64,000 nt of DNA from Pseudidiomarina sp. Lineage in GTDB: Bacteria > Pseudomonadota > Gammaproteobacteria > Enterobacterales > Alteromonadaceae. The stretch is from the NCBI GenBank assembly GCA_048269045.1, contig JBLWUG010000011.1, forward strand, positions 24,602 through 88,601, given 5' to 3'. The notes beneath the pieces were generated by a model. It was not told the DNA's origin. It searched no databases and saw nothing but the letters and a program-made list of their open reading frames with translations. Positions within the stretch are counted from its first letter, which is position 1, and every line of letters begins with the position of its first letter. A program made the translations under genes and the position numbers. This document shows, piece after piece, positions 62,946 through 64,000 of this stretch.

Positions 62946-63872
62946 ATGAATAATTTTTTGGAAGTTAATTCGGTTTTAGCCATTGGTTTTGCCGTAGCTA
63001 TTATCATTGTTATCTTAAAATCAGCACGAATAGTACCGCAGCGCTCTAATTTCGTGGTTGAACGCTTAGGTAAATATAGCCGTACGCTTGATTCCGGCTT
63101 TCATTTTCTTATCCCATTTATCGATAAAGTAGCTTATAAACATACACTTAAAGAAGAAGTGTTTGATGTCGAGCAACAAGCATGTGTAACGCGCGATAAC
63201 ATTCAAGTTGGTATTAACGGCGTACTCTATATTCAAGTTGTTGACGCCCACAAAGCGAGTTACGGCATCAATGATTACCGCTATGCAGCGTCACAGCTTG
63301 CTCAAACCACCATGCGTTCGGTTATCGGCCAAACAGACCTCGATAAAACCTTTGAAGAACGTGCGCAGATCAACGAGGTTGTCGTACAAGCCCTAGATGA
63401 AGCGGCAGCACCATGGGGTATCAAGGTATTACGTTATGAAATCTCTGATATCGACTTGCCAATGAGCATTAAGGACGCGCTAGAGCAGCAAATGCGTGCA
63501 GAACGTGAGCGACGTGCAGCTATTGCGAAATCTGAAGGTGAACGCCAAGCGATGATCAATGTATCTGAAGGTCATAAGCAGGAAGTGATTAACTTGTCAG
63601 AAGCTGAGAAGCAGAAGCAAATTAATGAAGCTGAAGGTCGTGCTAGAGAAATTGAGCTAATTGCGCAAGCTACGGCTGATGGCTTACGTAAAATTGCCAG
63701 CTCGATCCAAGAGCCTGGTGGCCAGGATGCTGTGAGCTTACGTGTTGCTGAGCAATATGTGAAAGAATTCGGTAACTTAGCTAAAGAAGGTAATACCTTA
63801 ATCTTACCAGCACAGTTGGCAGACATTGGTAGTGCTGTTGCAGGTTTAACAGAAATTATTAAGAAGAAGTAA
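62946..63872 (+). CDS. qmcA: SPFH/band-7 (stomatin-like) protein QmcA
   Basis: 308 aa with an N-terminal anchor, the ..IVPQ....VERLGKY...L..G.HF.IPFID.V motif and a coiled-coil EAEG/ERRA region. Confidence 0.92.
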   Translation: MNNFLEVNSVLAIGFAVAIIIVILKSARIVPQRSNFVVERLGKYSRTLDSGFHFLIPFIDKVAYKHTLKEEVFDVEQQACVTRDNIQVGINGVLYIQVVDAHKASYGINDYRYAASQLAQTTMRSVIGQTDLDKTFEERAQINEVVVQALDEAAAPWGIKVLRYEISDIDLPMSIKDALEQQMRAERERRAAIAKSEGERQAMINVSEGHKQEVINLSEAEKQKQINEAEGRAREIELIAQATADGLRKIASSIQEPGGQDAVSLRVAEQYVKEFGNLAKEGNTLILPAQLADIGSAVAGLTEIIKKK

Positions 63873-63897
63873 GACTTAATAAATCCGTTTGTATCAG

Positions 63898-63925
63898 AGC
63901 CCAGGCATCAAGCTTGGGCTTTTTT
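63898..63925 (+). terminator. rho-independent terminator after qmcA
   Basis: AGCCCAGG (63898-905), loop, CTTGGGCT (63913-920), followed by a T-run. Confidence 0.85.
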
Positions 63926-64000
63926 ATGCGTGCGCTACGTGAAATCTGGCGCAGTTTGCGTAGGGTAGCCGGTCAGATTTCAAAATATGAGGGTATATAT

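Noticed and set aside
63926-64000. Open reading frame starting ATG CGT GCG CTA... (MRALREIWRSLRRVAGQISKYEGIY) running off the window end
   Set aside because: Only 25 codons are visible, there is no SD, and it starts within the terminator T-run. That is insufficient evidence to call a gene.

Overview
This window is densely packed core chromosome from a marine-type gammaproteobacterium. Gene order looks Alteromonadales/Vibrionales-like, and long stretches are collinear with E. coli b1084-b1100, b1128-b1135 and b1702-b1703. I count about 66 protein genes, nearly all with clear housekeeping identities.

Gene content in order:
- tyrosine catabolism operon hppD-hmgA-fah-maiA, then an S9 peptidase lipoprotein
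- rne, divergent from rluC-yceF-yceD-rpmF-plsX-fabH-fabD-fabG-acpP-pabC-mltG-tmk-holB-pilZ-ycfH
- an orphan prpD
- sppA-ansA-NSS transporter, ydjA, asnS
- bioA/bioBFCD, pepE
- htpX-class II DAHP synthase-DUF1338
- ppsR/ppsA-ydiJ, ldh
- roxA, purB-hflD-mnmA, rluE
- a membrane protein plus a Bax-like glucosaminidase, ttcA, uspE
- the cbb3 oxidase locus ccoNOQP-ccoH-ccoI-ccoS plus a DsbD_2-type membrane protein
- a small lipoprotein and nfeD-qmcA

Two short genes missing from the ORF track were read directly from the sequence: rpmF and ccoS.

I see no rRNA, tRNA, CRISPR, IS/transposase, integrase, prophage, toxin-antitoxin or recognisable defence genes, and no obvious compositional island. I therefore do not claim a novel multi-gene system here.

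The observations most worth a second look are local:
- a 15-unit 18-bp tandem repeat encoding (E)PKVEA hexapeptides in the RNase E scaffold
- loss of fabF from the canonical fab cluster
- a three-hairpin structured RNA region between ycfH and an orphan prpD
- hairpins or palindromes that span the stop codons of convergent genes, including a perfect 20-bp palindrome that gives both genes the same ...EQHD terminus
- an htpX-class II DAHPS-DUF1338 operon next to ppsR/ppsA and ydiJ
- absence of fnr from its usual slot next to uspE and the cco assembly genes
- a Met-rich YtkA/FixH-like lipoprotein divergent from ccoN
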